Sequence record: OV032902.1
Reading direction: 5' to 3' (one strand)
Length of the DNA stretch: 64,000 nt
The notes below the pieces were generated by a model. It ran no database searches, was not told the DNA's origin, and saw only the letters and a program-made list of their open reading frames with translations. Made by a program: the position numbers and the translations under genes. Positions 47,801 through 57,239 of the stretch are shown here, piece after piece. Every line of letters starts with the position of its first letter. Position 1 is the stretch's first letter.

Positions 47801-48925
47801 ATGAATCCTGAATTAGAAGCATTGCTGGTCTCACCTGAGATCAATGCAGTACTATCGGAAGACTTCAAAGAAGAAGCAAACTATATCACTGGCGAAGAAG
47901 CCATGATTGATATGTGTCTGATGGAAATCGAAAAGCTTGAAGCTAAAGAGAAAGAAATCGATAGCGTATTGGCTTTCGTTGAAACAGCTGACGCAGAAGA
48001 TGTTGTTTCTCAGGCTCGTATCGAAAACCTTCTTTCTCAAATGTTCCCTGAGACAGAAGACGAAGCTAATATGAAAGTTAGTGACCGTGTTCAGAATGCA
48101 GGCATGAAAGCTAAGAAGCGCGTTCAGGCAGCAGTACAACAAATCCTTCTTGCTATTAAGAAGTTTGTTCGTAACATGCTGAACAACGACAAAGGCACTG
48201 TTAAGAAAGGCAAGAAAGTAATTGCTGAACTTAAGAAGATGCCTCGCATGATCACAGTTCCTAATATGTTTAAAGGCCGTGCAGGTTTCTGGATTGAAGA
48301 TGCCGGTTTCATGTACTGGAGAAAGCCACCTGCTTCTCATATCGCACACCTTAAGTTCATCAACGGTATTGACTGGCCTCGTTTCATTGACGCTGCGGTC
48401 ACAATCTATACCGAAGGCATCTCTAATGCTGATCAGCTACACCGTTTGGTGGGCACCATTGCTCCTGTCAAAGGCGGTGAAAATGCGTTTGCTCGTGTTA
48501 GTACTACAAAAGGCAGTCTGTACAATGCAGCAGTTCTTTTCAAGGCAGGTAAGATTCCAGCTGACGTAGAGGCCTCTTACAAATGGACTGGTAGTCTAGC
48601 TAACCGTGTAGGTCAGGCTGGATTCAAAGGCGATGAGAAAGGCGGTTACGACCGTGACGCTATCATCACTATCGCTGAAGAAGCAATTGCATCTTTTGAC
48701 AAGATTGCTGAGCTGAATAAGATTCTTGATGACAAGACTCTGTTCGACCAAGTTGATAAAGACGGTGCCGTGTACAAGAAACAATTTGCTCGCTTCATGA
48801 CTTCGACTATTAAGTCTTACGTTAAGTACTACCGTACAGTAGGTACTGCTGGTATTGCTCTAGCGGCTAATGCGGCGAAGGGTAAAGAATGGGGCGCAAG
48901 CGTTTCAGAGGGAGGTAAGAAGTAA
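47801..48925 (+). CDS. internal head protein paralog
   Basis: 374 aa; same architecture. Confidence 0.65.
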   Translation: MNPELEALLVSPEINAVLSEDFKEEANYITGEEAMIDMCLMEIEKLEAKEKEIDSVLAFVETADAEDVVSQARIENLLSQMFPETEDEANMKVSDRVQNAGMKAKKRVQAAVQQILLAIKKFVRNMLNNDKGTVKKGKKVIAELKKMPRMITVPNMFKGRAGFWIEDAGFMYWRKPPASHIAHLKFINGIDWPRFIDAAVTIYTEGISNADQLHRLVGTIAPVKGGENAFARVSTTKGSLYNAAVLFKAGKIPADVEASYKWTGSLANRVGQAGFKGDEKGGYDRDAIITIAEEAIASFDKIAELNKILDDKTLFDQVDKDGAVYKKQFARFMTSTIKSYVKYYRTVGTAGIALAANAAKGKEWGASVSEGGKK

Positions 48926-50025
48926 TGGACAAGTTAAACCTTAGTGCGGCTCTAGACGACGCAATGCACGAAAAAGAATTAGCTGGCCTTGAACCTGCTT
49001 TTGTATTGGATGCCTTACTTGAGCATGATGCTAACTTCTTCTTTCAAGAAGAACTAGAACTAGAGCAATTGACTTTAGAACTGGAAACTCAAGAAGCTAA
49101 ACTAGAGCAACTTGATCAGCTTGAAGAAGAACTCATGCTTGCTCAATTCGATGACCAAGCTACTGCTGCTATGTACGCTAACAAAGTTATCATGCTTGGC
49201 GGTACAGTCGACAAAGAACTTATCACTAAGACCCAAATTGGCGAAGAGTTGAAAGTTACTGTTGGTGGTATTAAGAAAGCAGTTGGCGCAGGCATCAAGG
49301 CCCTATGGGACAAGGTTAAGAATCTTGTAGCTAAACTACTTGATCGTGACCAGCGTTACATTGACAATGGTAAGCAATACATCAAAGCTCTTAAAGCCTC
49401 TCAGTTTAAAGACGGCATGGAAATTACTTATAGTGGTCAAGCACTTTACTTTACCAACTCTAAGAACGCGTTCAGCTTCCGTGGTATTACTGCGGTACTT
49501 AATGACCTGATCAGAGTAGATGTTGCACCTTTCGCAGGCAATGTAGTTAGACTACAAGGCGATATTGAAACAGTGGGCAATGATACCTGGGAAGAACTTA
49601 AGAAAATCAAAGGCGTTGAAGAAGACGGCAAAAATCTTAAGTACAATGCTGGTACAGACGATATTGCGTTTGGTATTGTTTGGTCACAAGCCAAGGGCGG
49701 AGTTAAAGGTAAGTTCCAAGCTTCTCGTAACATGCTAGCTCCTTATCTAAGCGGCAGTCGTAAAGCAACTGGCCTTTACAACGGTAACGAAGTTATAGAG
49801 ATGATGGAAACATCTGTTGGTATTCTTGAGGCCATCAAGAAAACTGGCGAAGCCATTAACCGTGGACAGCTACAAAGTCAACTTGAGAAAGAAGACGAAG
49901 AAGCAGTCGCTAAAGCTAAAACCAATTCTGTTCTTAGTACCATGCAAGCCTTCATGAAGGCACAGCGTACTGGTGCAATGGGCGGTATTACTATTGGCGT
50001 CAATTACGTTAAGTCACTTAAATAA
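48925..50025 (+). CDS. internal head protein paralog
   Basis: 366 aa; same architecture, TAATG-coupled to the upstream gene. Confidence 0.65.
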   Translation: MDKLNLSAALDDAMHEKELAGLEPAFVLDALLEHDANFFFQEELELEQLTLELETQEAKLEQLDQLEEELMLAQFDDQATAAMYANKVIMLGGTVDKELITKTQIGEELKVTVGGIKKAVGAGIKALWDKVKNLVAKLLDRDQRYIDNGKQYIKALKASQFKDGMEITYSGQALYFTNSKNAFSFRGITAVLNDLIRVDVAPFAGNVVRLQGDIETVGNDTWEELKKIKGVEEDGKNLKYNAGTDDIAFGIVWSQAKGGVKGKFQASRNMLAPYLSGSRKATGLYNGNEVIEMMETSVGILEAIKKTGEAINRGQLQSQLEKEDEEAVAKAKTNSVLSTMQAFMKAQRTGAMGGITIGVNYVKSLK

Positions 50026-50032
50026 TAGAATG

Positions 50033-50054
50033 CCTACCTCCTCCGGGAGGTAGG
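50033..50054 (+). terminator. hairpin / terminator after the paralog array
   Basis: CCTACCTCC-tccg-GGAGGTAGG. Confidence 0.65.
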
Positions 50055-50098
50055 TACTCTTGTTAAATTTTATAGCTATATATTAAAGGAGAGATGTC

Positions 50099-51700
50099 AT
50101 GGCCAAAGCATTAATCGCTGTCGACCAAACCGACATTACTATTTCACAATCCATCATGAGAGACACAGTAAAGAGTCTTATTGCACAGACAGGCTTTGAC
50201 CCTGCGGCTAAGATTATCTTTAACGATGATACTGTAGATTCTCCACGTCATATCAAGAACATGTTTGACAAGTGTACCGAGACTGATGGAACTCGTACAC
50301 AATACATGTCTTACGTATTCGCTGAGTATACTGACAGAACTACAGAGGACGGCTGGGCACAATCTCAAAGACGTCGTCATCTAACTCGTCCTTTGTTCGA
50401 AGACAAAGCCATTGGTGTCACTGTGCGTCCAATGTATCTTGAACACGAAGCTAAGATGACGTTACGTTTCCGTTCTAACAGTAGAACCAAGATGACACAC
50501 TGGTTGAACATCCTAAAGACCACAGACGTCATTAAGACTCACCTAGGCTATATTGATATCAGTTATGACTATCAATTCCCTAACGAGTTCCTAGACTTCA
50601 TTGTGGATGCTTACGATGCAATGGATGACTATCCTGAACCAACGCCTGATTTAAAGACGTATCTTCAGGAACACTTCCGTTCAGATATTCAAAAGCGTAA
50701 GAACCTCAATGGCAGTGCCGTGGATATTGTGGCATTCGAAGTACTTAAGAATGTAGAAGGCCAAGCAGACGATCAAGGTTTCTGGAACGAACAAGAAATC
50801 CAGAATGGTATCTACGAGGTAACGCTAAACTACACTTTCCGTTATGAGCGCATAGTAGCAGTAGAGATGATTTTCCCTGCTATCATCTATAACCGCTTCA
50901 TCAAGAAAGAATACGTAGAGCGTTTCCATCATCACTTCCGTTTACGCAATGACGATAACTATGATCGCCCTATTACGTTTATTGATGGTGACCTTCGTTC
51001 GTATGAGGTCAACTATTACTACATTGGCGATGGTGGTTCTCGTATGGTTCCTTGGGATGACTTCTTCCCAGAGTTCCCTAATCCAACAACACAGACAGTT
51101 TCGTTGTTCCCGTTCCAAGTGGACCTGGATAATCCAAGAGACGTCTGTAATATCTCTGACTTGTCACATGACTATGTTCCTGAGGCAATTCACAAATACA
51201 TCAATGAGCAGAAAGATTTCATTAATGTAATCAATGGTTCTTTAGTAGCTTTCGAGGTTTACTCGGTAGGTGAAGACGAAGAAATGATAATGGTTGAAAT
51301 CGACGACGATTATAACATTAAGACAACACGAGACATGGATGGTAAGCGCCGTCACTACATGCGTGTTACTCTTAAGAAGAATATCCCGTCTCTTCATCCT
51401 GACCGATTGCGTTATCTATTGACAATGGGGCAAACCGCTGTCGATATCTTTAAGCTCTATGACCCAACATTAGAAACAACAACAGACGCTGCCGATTGGC
51501 AACGCCGCGTAGGTTTCGATATGACTCCGGGTCGCGATAAAACCATCCCTAGTCTGCTTATGATGGCGGGCGACAATATTACTGACTATTCGTTTACACG
51601 TTGGGTTCGAAAACTTGACAGTACAGACGAGTGGTTTGTTAACCTGCGACCAATGATGCCTAAGTATGTTGGTCAATACAATATAACTGCATCGAGGTAA
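50099..51700 (+). CDS. virion structural protein (phiKZ gp98-like)
   Basis: 533 aa, AAAGGAG RBS; position after the head-protein array. Confidence 0.6.
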   Translation: MAKALIAVDQTDITISQSIMRDTVKSLIAQTGFDPAAKIIFNDDTVDSPRHIKNMFDKCTETDGTRTQYMSYVFAEYTDRTTEDGWAQSQRRRHLTRPLFEDKAIGVTVRPMYLEHEAKMTLRFRSNSRTKMTHWLNILKTTDVIKTHLGYIDISYDYQFPNEFLDFIVDAYDAMDDYPEPTPDLKTYLQEHFRSDIQKRKNLNGSAVDIVAFEVLKNVEGQADDQGFWNEQEIQNGIYEVTLNYTFRYERIVAVEMIFPAIIYNRFIKKEYVERFHHHFRLRNDDNYDRPITFIDGDLRSYEVNYYYIGDGGSRMVPWDDFFPEFPNPTTQTVSLFPFQVDLDNPRDVCNISDLSHDYVPEAIHKYINEQKDFINVINGSLVAFEVYSVGEDEEMIMVEIDDDYNIKTTRDMDGKRRHYMRVTLKKNIPSLHPDRLRYLLTMGQTAVDIFKLYDPTLETTTDAADWQRRVGFDMTPGRDKTIPSLLMMAGDNITDYSFTRWVRKLDSTDEWFVNLRPMMPKYVGQYNITASR

Positions 51701-51704
51701 TACC

Positions 51705-52919
51705 ATGCCTTTATATAACGACGACGAAGTGCCTGAAGTACCACAGCAGGAAGAAGAGGTCATTGTTCGTGATACTGCGACTGTCTATGAAGGACAGACC
51801 AAGACCGATGATATTCCTCCTCTGCATATCACAGAGATTCAGGGTAACCCATGGACTGTAGAGACTTTCTATAGCCAGTATCTTGGAGCAGACGATTATC
51901 CTCGTCGCTTTGACCCTAGTCTATCTCGTACGCTTCAACAATACCTCGCAACTCGTAACCTTGTACTTAAGACAACCTCTGAACTAAGCTTCGAACTAGA
52001 TGAAGACGTTATCACTACGCTTAGTGGTACGGCCAATGTCTATCCTGGTATTATCGTAAACCAATGGGACATGTTCGTAGCTCGTGTTAAGGATGGGCGT
52101 CGTGGTTTGTTTACTGTTAATGAACTTCCTCGTCCTTTAACGTATCTGTCTTATACGGCTTACGAAATTAACTATCAGCTTGTCGAGTGGATCAAAGACG
52201 ACACCTTTGAGAAACTAGAAGCCAAAGTAGTTAAGACACTTTACTTTAACCCGGATAATCCTTTATGTCCTACGGATAACCTCGTAGAGATTACAAGCCG
52301 TGAGACTATTATCCAGCGCATCATCAAATACGTTGATCTGTATTACTCGTACTTCTTTGACCGTCGTAACCGTACGTTTACGTTTGACGATGAAGGTACT
52401 AAGACTTATGACAATGCGGTCGTTGAGTTTATGAACAACATGGTTCCTAACCAAGCACGTCATAAGACTCGTCATCCCCGTGCAGACAAGTTTGATGTTC
52501 CTTCTATTGACTATCATAGAAAGTCCAAAACAATCTACGATATTCTTTTAGATAATGAATTGAATCTTTTACCGATCGTTGACAAAGAGTACTGCATTAG
52601 CTCATCGGCTGCTTTCTACTCTGTCTTCGTCATGCATAGTATTCTTATGACTGACATCGCTGGAGTATGGCATCCTTCTGGTATGCGTAACTTAGAAAGC
52701 GGCGCTCCGGTTAAAGGTACTTATATTTTCTCAGACGGGTTCTACAAAGAAAAGCCAGAAGGCACTTTCGAAACATTGATCTACAAGGCACTTAATGGCG
52801 AGGCTATTGATTTCCAAGAAGTAGACGAAGAAGTAGAACTTCACTTTAGCGAGAGTTCGATGTCGGACCTTTATCGCTTTATGCCAATTTATATTTGGCT
52901 ATATGTACGCTTACTATAG
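51705..52919 (+). CDS. virion structural protein (phiKZ gp99-like)
   Basis: 404 aa. GNPWTV..FYSQYLG.DD and ANVYPG.I.NQWDMFVA segments recalled from gp99-type proteins. Confidence 0.65.
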   Translation: MPLYNDDEVPEVPQQEEEVIVRDTATVYEGQTKTDDIPPLHITEIQGNPWTVETFYSQYLGADDYPRRFDPSLSRTLQQYLATRNLVLKTTSELSFELDEDVITTLSGTANVYPGIIVNQWDMFVARVKDGRRGLFTVNELPRPLTYLSYTAYEINYQLVEWIKDDTFEKLEAKVVKTLYFNPDNPLCPTDNLVEITSRETIIQRIIKYVDLYYSYFFDRRNRTFTFDDEGTKTYDNAVVEFMNNMVPNQARHKTRHPRADKFDVPSIDYHRKSKTIYDILLDNELNLLPIVDKEYCISSSAAFYSVFVMHSILMTDIAGVWHPSGMRNLESGAPVKGTYIFSDGFYKEKPEGTFETLIYKALNGEAIDFQEVDEEVELHFSESSMSDLYRFMPIYIWLYVRLL

Positions 52920-52928
52920 AGGCTAACC

Positions 52929-53627
52929 ATGAGCAATACTAGTTTTACTGAAATGAATCGACGCATCTTTGTCGATCGAGTAATCAAGATAAAAGCTAAC
53001 CCAGTTATCCTGGCAGCTATTCGTGAGAACTCCAAAGTCGTAATCACTGAAGACCTTATTGACGGTCAACAGGGCGTAGACTGGCAAGGCAACCAACTTA
53101 CTGTAGAGGATGCCTCAACGCCATTAATCGAAGCTATCTTTAATCGCAACCCTCTAAACTATGGTAACGAAGAAGACTACGAATACAGTACGACTAGTTT
53201 GCAGTCTTATAGTTTAACCTGTGATGAAGTCGTGGAAGTCTTTCATCTTACTGGTGGTCTTATTATCACCGGTAAGGAAAGCCTACAGCAAGTTTACGAT
53301 ATGATTCGTAAGTATCGTGCCATGCTTTTAGAAAAGCTAGCTTGGGATGTTCACGGCTCTTCTGATCCAGATATTACCGAGGACCTAGAGAAGATGGGTG
53401 AGCTCATCGACTGGTTGCGTCCGGTATGTCGTCAGATGCAGGGCAAGTGGCATGGAGAAGGTATCTTGTCTCGTTTGTTTGCTAATGCGGCTACGGTTGT
53501 TGGTGTAAACGGACAAGTAGATGACGATGACATTGTTATCACTAAGAAGATGCCTTATCGCCACGCTACTCCTCTTAAGGACCCGTCCAATACGACACTT
53601 GGTACACTTGAGGACTGGATTAAATAA
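52929..53627 (+). CDS. conserved hypothetical protein (phiKZ gp100-like)
   Basis: 232 aa, GAGG RBS; assigned by position. Confidence 0.6.
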   Translation: MSNTSFTEMNRRIFVDRVIKIKANPVILAAIRENSKVVITEDLIDGQQGVDWQGNQLTVEDASTPLIEAIFNRNPLNYGNEEDYEYSTTSLQSYSLTCDEVVEVFHLTGGLIITGKESLQQVYDMIRKYRAMLLEKLAWDVHGSSDPDITEDLEKMGELIDWLRPVCRQMQGKWHGEGILSRLFANAATVVGVNGQVDDDDIVITKKMPYRHATPLKDPSNTTLGTLEDWIK

Positions 53628-54976
53628 TGTTAGACAATCCCATCATTCGTGGTGAGTTTGACCGTATAACGAATAGCGCCAAGAAACTGGTATCCTGGGA
53701 ACTTGTCGCTACTCTCGTTGTTGATGATGTGGAAATATATACTTTCCCTAATGTTTCTGGTGAACGTTTTACTGCTAACTTCATGAGCGACATGGCACCG
53801 TATCATTTCCTAGTCATCAATGCCGGTATCAGTGTGTATCGTGATTACATCTATCCGAACATCAACAAACTACGAATTCGCTTACAGCGTCGTTCACAGG
53901 GCATTGAAAACCCAGGCGAGATCTATGATATCAAGTCAACGGACTATATAGCGTTCGTTACTGATGCACAAGACTTACACAAGACGACGCAACAGAGAAT
54001 GAAACAGAGCAAAGACGAACAAGACTTCGAGAACTTTGTTCCAATTACATTCCAGCTAATCGAACCTAATCTATACTTGACTATGAACCGTGAAGTCTCA
54101 GGCGTTCACGAGGGGACCATTCAAGATGCTTTGTTCACAGAGTTAACTGTAGAACTAAAAGAAAACCAAAATACCGAAAGTTTAGCGGGTGAGTATTATA
54201 CTGGTCTGCGTGGACTAGTGAAAGACGACTTTGATAATCAGCGTCACTATGACAACATTATCATCAAGACCGGTACTCGACTAAACACGCTTACTAACTA
54301 TCTGCAAAACAAATACGGTATTTCTTCCTTTGGCATCGGTACTTTTTATATGTTTGGCTTCTGGTATGTTTATCCACTATTCAAACATAATCGATTCGAT
54401 AAAAAGAATCGCACGTTGACTATCTACGATATTCCTTTACAGGAACTTCCTACGATAGAGAACTCTTTTATTAAGAACGATAACAAACTGTTTATTCTTT
54501 CTACGGGCAAGTCCCGTAACGAGAACTCTTCTGTTAAGACAGAAGTTAATGATGGTAACGGTATTCGCATTGTTCCTATCGATGAGTACGACAATGGATT
54601 CTTTGAAGCCGATGGTAACCGTGTTAAGACGGGTGCTTCTGAAAAGGCGAGAGAGTTCATTGGAAAGGAAGCTGGACATAGGGTTTACAATGTCCGATAT
54701 CATGAAAGAAAGTTCACAGCTAATCCATTCCCAGAGATCAGTAAACTTAAAGCTGCCCAAGGTGGTCTTTATACTGTGACATGGATGAATGGAGACTATC
54801 GTGAAATTTATCCTGGGATGCCAGGAAAGATATTCTATGAAAGAGATGGAGAAGTAGTTAGTGTAGAAGGCACTCTGGTTGCCGTTAACGCTCTTACAAC
54901 GACTCCGACATCCGACATAGCTGATAGGTCGTTTAGACAAGTATTAGAGCTTACGTTCCATTACAGAGAAGAATAA
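53627..54976 (+). CDS. virion structural protein, possibly baseplate hub-like (phiKZ gp101-like)
   Basis: 449 aa. YLQNKYGI...GIG.FY and C-terminal IYPGMP.KI.Y segments. Confidence 0.6.
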   Translation: MLDNPIIRGEFDRITNSAKKLVSWELVATLVVDDVEIYTFPNVSGERFTANFMSDMAPYHFLVINAGISVYRDYIYPNINKLRIRLQRRSQGIENPGEIYDIKSTDYIAFVTDAQDLHKTTQQRMKQSKDEQDFENFVPITFQLIEPNLYLTMNREVSGVHEGTIQDALFTELTVELKENQNTESLAGEYYTGLRGLVKDDFDNQRHYDNIIIKTGTRLNTLTNYLQNKYGISSFGIGTFYMFGFWYVYPLFKHNRFDKKNRTLTIYDIPLQELPTIENSFIKNDNKLFILSTGKSRNENSSVKTEVNDGNGIRIVPIDEYDNGFFEADGNRVKTGASEKAREFIGKEAGHRVYNVRYHERKFTANPFPEISKLKAAQGGLYTVTWMNGDYREIYPGMPGKIFYERDGEVVSVEGTLVAVNALTTTPTSDIADRSFRQVLELTFHYREE

Positions 54977-54981
54977 GAATA

Positions 54982-55003
54982 CTCTGCTCCCTAGGGAGCA
55001 GAG
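54982..55003. terminator. bidirectional terminator
   Basis: CTCTGCTCC-ctag-GGAGCAGAG between convergent genes. Confidence 0.75.
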
Positions 55004-55014
55004 CATCTTTTATT

Positions 55015-56565
55015 TTACCATTGTTCTTGTTCATCAACTGCTTGTGATTCAGCCACAGAAGATGGAACTTCTGCAAACGAGTATAGTGCACGTGACTGAG
55101 GATGCATTAAGTCTGGACAGATACCGCCGAACTCTTGGAACTCATATGCAAATGACTTCGCACGTTCAGAAGTATCAGAAGATGTACGGTTCTTAGCCCA
55201 AGCAAAGGTTAGGAACGACTTATCTTCCATTCTGTGGATGTGCATGTTACACGAACCATCTACTTTAGTTTCTAGTGAGCGACAGTTCATATGGAAGCCA
55301 CCACCTGCTGTTTTCTTAGCAAAGCCAGCTGAACCTGTTTCACGTAGAATGTCATCAGTTGCTGTATTAAGCTGGTGAGCGTGTACCTGAGTAATAAGAC
55401 GCGGGAAACAGTAGTTACGTAGAACTTCGTAAGAGTAAACAATAAGTTCATCTTTACGTTTGTTCTTGTCACCCTTCTTAGTAATCAGCTCCATGTAGTC
55501 CACGATGATAGCAGAGATTTCATAGCCTTCTGCTTCGTAGCCTTTCAATACGTTAAGTAAGTCCCATACGTCCATGTTGTTCGGGTCATAACAAACCATT
55601 TCAAAATGGTAACCACGAGCATTGTATCGGTCTTTAATGTATTGAGCCGCTTCTCTTAGGTTTACATTAGCAAAGTCACACTTCTTCTGATGCTCTGCTT
55701 CCCAAAGAGATTTATAGATGATTGGAATATCCTGCTCAGGTTTGTTCTCGAAAGAGATACGAAGAACCATTGGCTTCTTCTTCTCATCAAACAGATGAGG
55801 TTCATTCAAAGTACAGAACCATTCACAGTGGTCTAGCAGGATACCGGTTTTGTAGTTGTGTGTACGAGCAGAATAAAGATAGCTACCGCCACGCATTAGA
55901 CCACCGATGCCCCACATCTTGTTTAGACCTTGTAGACCTGTCTTAAGTAGACCGTCTGTGTTGAAGATTTCTTTTGCTCCCTCAACGGTCTTCTCGATAG
56001 ACTCTAAGTCAGTAAAGTCAACTTTACCACCAAAGCCTTCATGGACAGATGCATTCTGGTTTTGGATTTCTTCGATTTGATCTTTAAGCGTCGAAAGAGT
56101 TTCCGCTATGTCAAAGTTCTCGGCAGCAAAGTTTACCTTACGGTGAACATCGCCAACCATTGTACCAATAGAAGCAACGTTAAGGTCATGCTTCAATTCT
56201 ACCATGATAGACTTAATGCGTTCGTCTAGATATTCTTTATCTTCTAGGTCGACATCTAACATGGTTTTAATCAGTTCGCTGTAATCCTCAGCAAAATGAC
56301 AGTTAATAAGTAGACGACTCTTAATATCTTCAGGGAGAACCTTTTCTCCAGGCATTACGCCGATGAGCCAGTCGTAAGTGAATTTAAGACTTTGTGCTAT
56401 TTCGCCTTCGCCGCCTTCGCCTGCAATGGCCTTAGGCATCTTTACTTTTTCTAGTACGTTAGCGATTAGTTTAGGAAGAGCGTTGTTAGCATCTGTAGTA
56501 AAGCGATTAAAGTACGTAGCAATAATCGATTTAGTCAGAATAAGGTTTGGGTTAAGTACCGACAT
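55015..56565 (-). CDS. DnaB-like replicative helicase (phiKZ gp118-like)
   Basis: TGLQGLNKMWG..GL, variant Walker A ARTHNYKT, SFEN, Walker B IIVDYM, HQLN, KNR arginine finger. Divergent from the capsid operon. Confidence 0.88.
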   Translation of the reverse strand: MSVLNPNLILTKSIIATYFNRFTTDANNALPKLIANVLEKVKMPKAIAGEGGEGEIAQSLKFTYDWLIGVMPGEKVLPEDIKSRLLINCHFAEDYSELIKTMLDVDLEDKEYLDERIKSIMVELKHDLNVASIGTMVGDVHRKVNFAAENFDIAETLSTLKDQIEEIQNQNASVHEGFGGKVDFTDLESIEKTVEGAKEIFNTDGLLKTGLQGLNKMWGIGGLMRGGSYLYSARTHNYKTGILLDHCEWFCTLNEPHLFDEKKKPMVLRISFENKPEQDIPIIYKSLWEAEHQKKCDFANVNLREAAQYIKDRYNARGYHFEMVCYDPNNMDVWDLLNVLKGYEAEGYEISAIIVDYMELITKKGDKNKRKDELIVYSYEVLRNYCFPRLITQVHAHQLNTATDDILRETGSAGFAKKTAGGGFHMNCRSLETKVDGSCNMHIHRMEDKSFLTFAWAKNRTSSDTSERAKSFAYEFQEFGGICPDLMHPQSRALYSFAEVPSSVAESQAVDEQEQW

Positions 56566-56734
56566 TGGTTAGTCCTTTGGATAATCTGTTTTTGATTTTG
56601 TTTCTATCAAAATTGATCGTGATGTTTTTACTAACCAAATATTGTAGTACAAACAGGTCAAATACTGTAGGACACCTTATTGTCTATTTATAGACCAATA
56701 TTTTAGGTAACAATTTTGATGGGATAATGCCACA

Positions 56735-57175
56735 ATGAAAGTTTATGCATTTAACAAACCGTTGATGAACGCAGCTCAAGCTTTCGGCGTCGACCTGGTT
56801 TGCGAAGAAGACCTAGATGAAGTTCTAGGCTTTACTGAGATGGCCCACGCATGTGTGATAGGTGACGCAATCGTCGAACACCTTAAACTCAATCAAATGG
56901 GTTTCACTTCTGCAATGGACAAAGGCCAAGACGAACCTCGTGACTATGTCGCAGAGCTTTTCGAAGCAGGCTTTATTGATTCCAATAAGCAAATAACGCC
57001 GTATGTCAATGTTATAGCGACAAAGACTAACGCAATCATTTTCTATATCGGTGATGATGACCAAGTATCGCCGGTAGGTGAACGCGTGCTTAATGCCCTA
57101 GGCAAAATTTTGCGCGTGGAGGAGTTAATGCAAACTCCTGTTTGGTCACAATACTGTAAATACGTACGCTGCTAA
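56735..57175 (+). CDS. hypothetical protein (phiKZ gp119 position)
   Basis: 146 aa immediately upstream of the capsid gene; weak RBS. Confidence 0.65.
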   Translation: MKVYAFNKPLMNAAQAFGVDLVCEEDLDEVLGFTEMAHACVIGDAIVEHLKLNQMGFTSAMDKGQDEPRDYVAELFEAGFIDSNKQITPYVNVIATKTNAIIFYIGDDDQVSPVGERVLNALGKILRVEELMQTPVWSQYCKYVRC

Positions 57176-57239
57176 AAACTAGCAAAGTACAAAGTTAAAA
57201 TTTAAAATTTGTTTTTAGAAAACTCTAGAGGAAAAAACA

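Noticed and set aside
55820-55900. Non-canonical Walker A (ARTHNYKT) in the DnaB-like helicase
   Set aside because: As I recall, this variant is typical of phiKZ-family gp118 proteins and is not specific to this phage.
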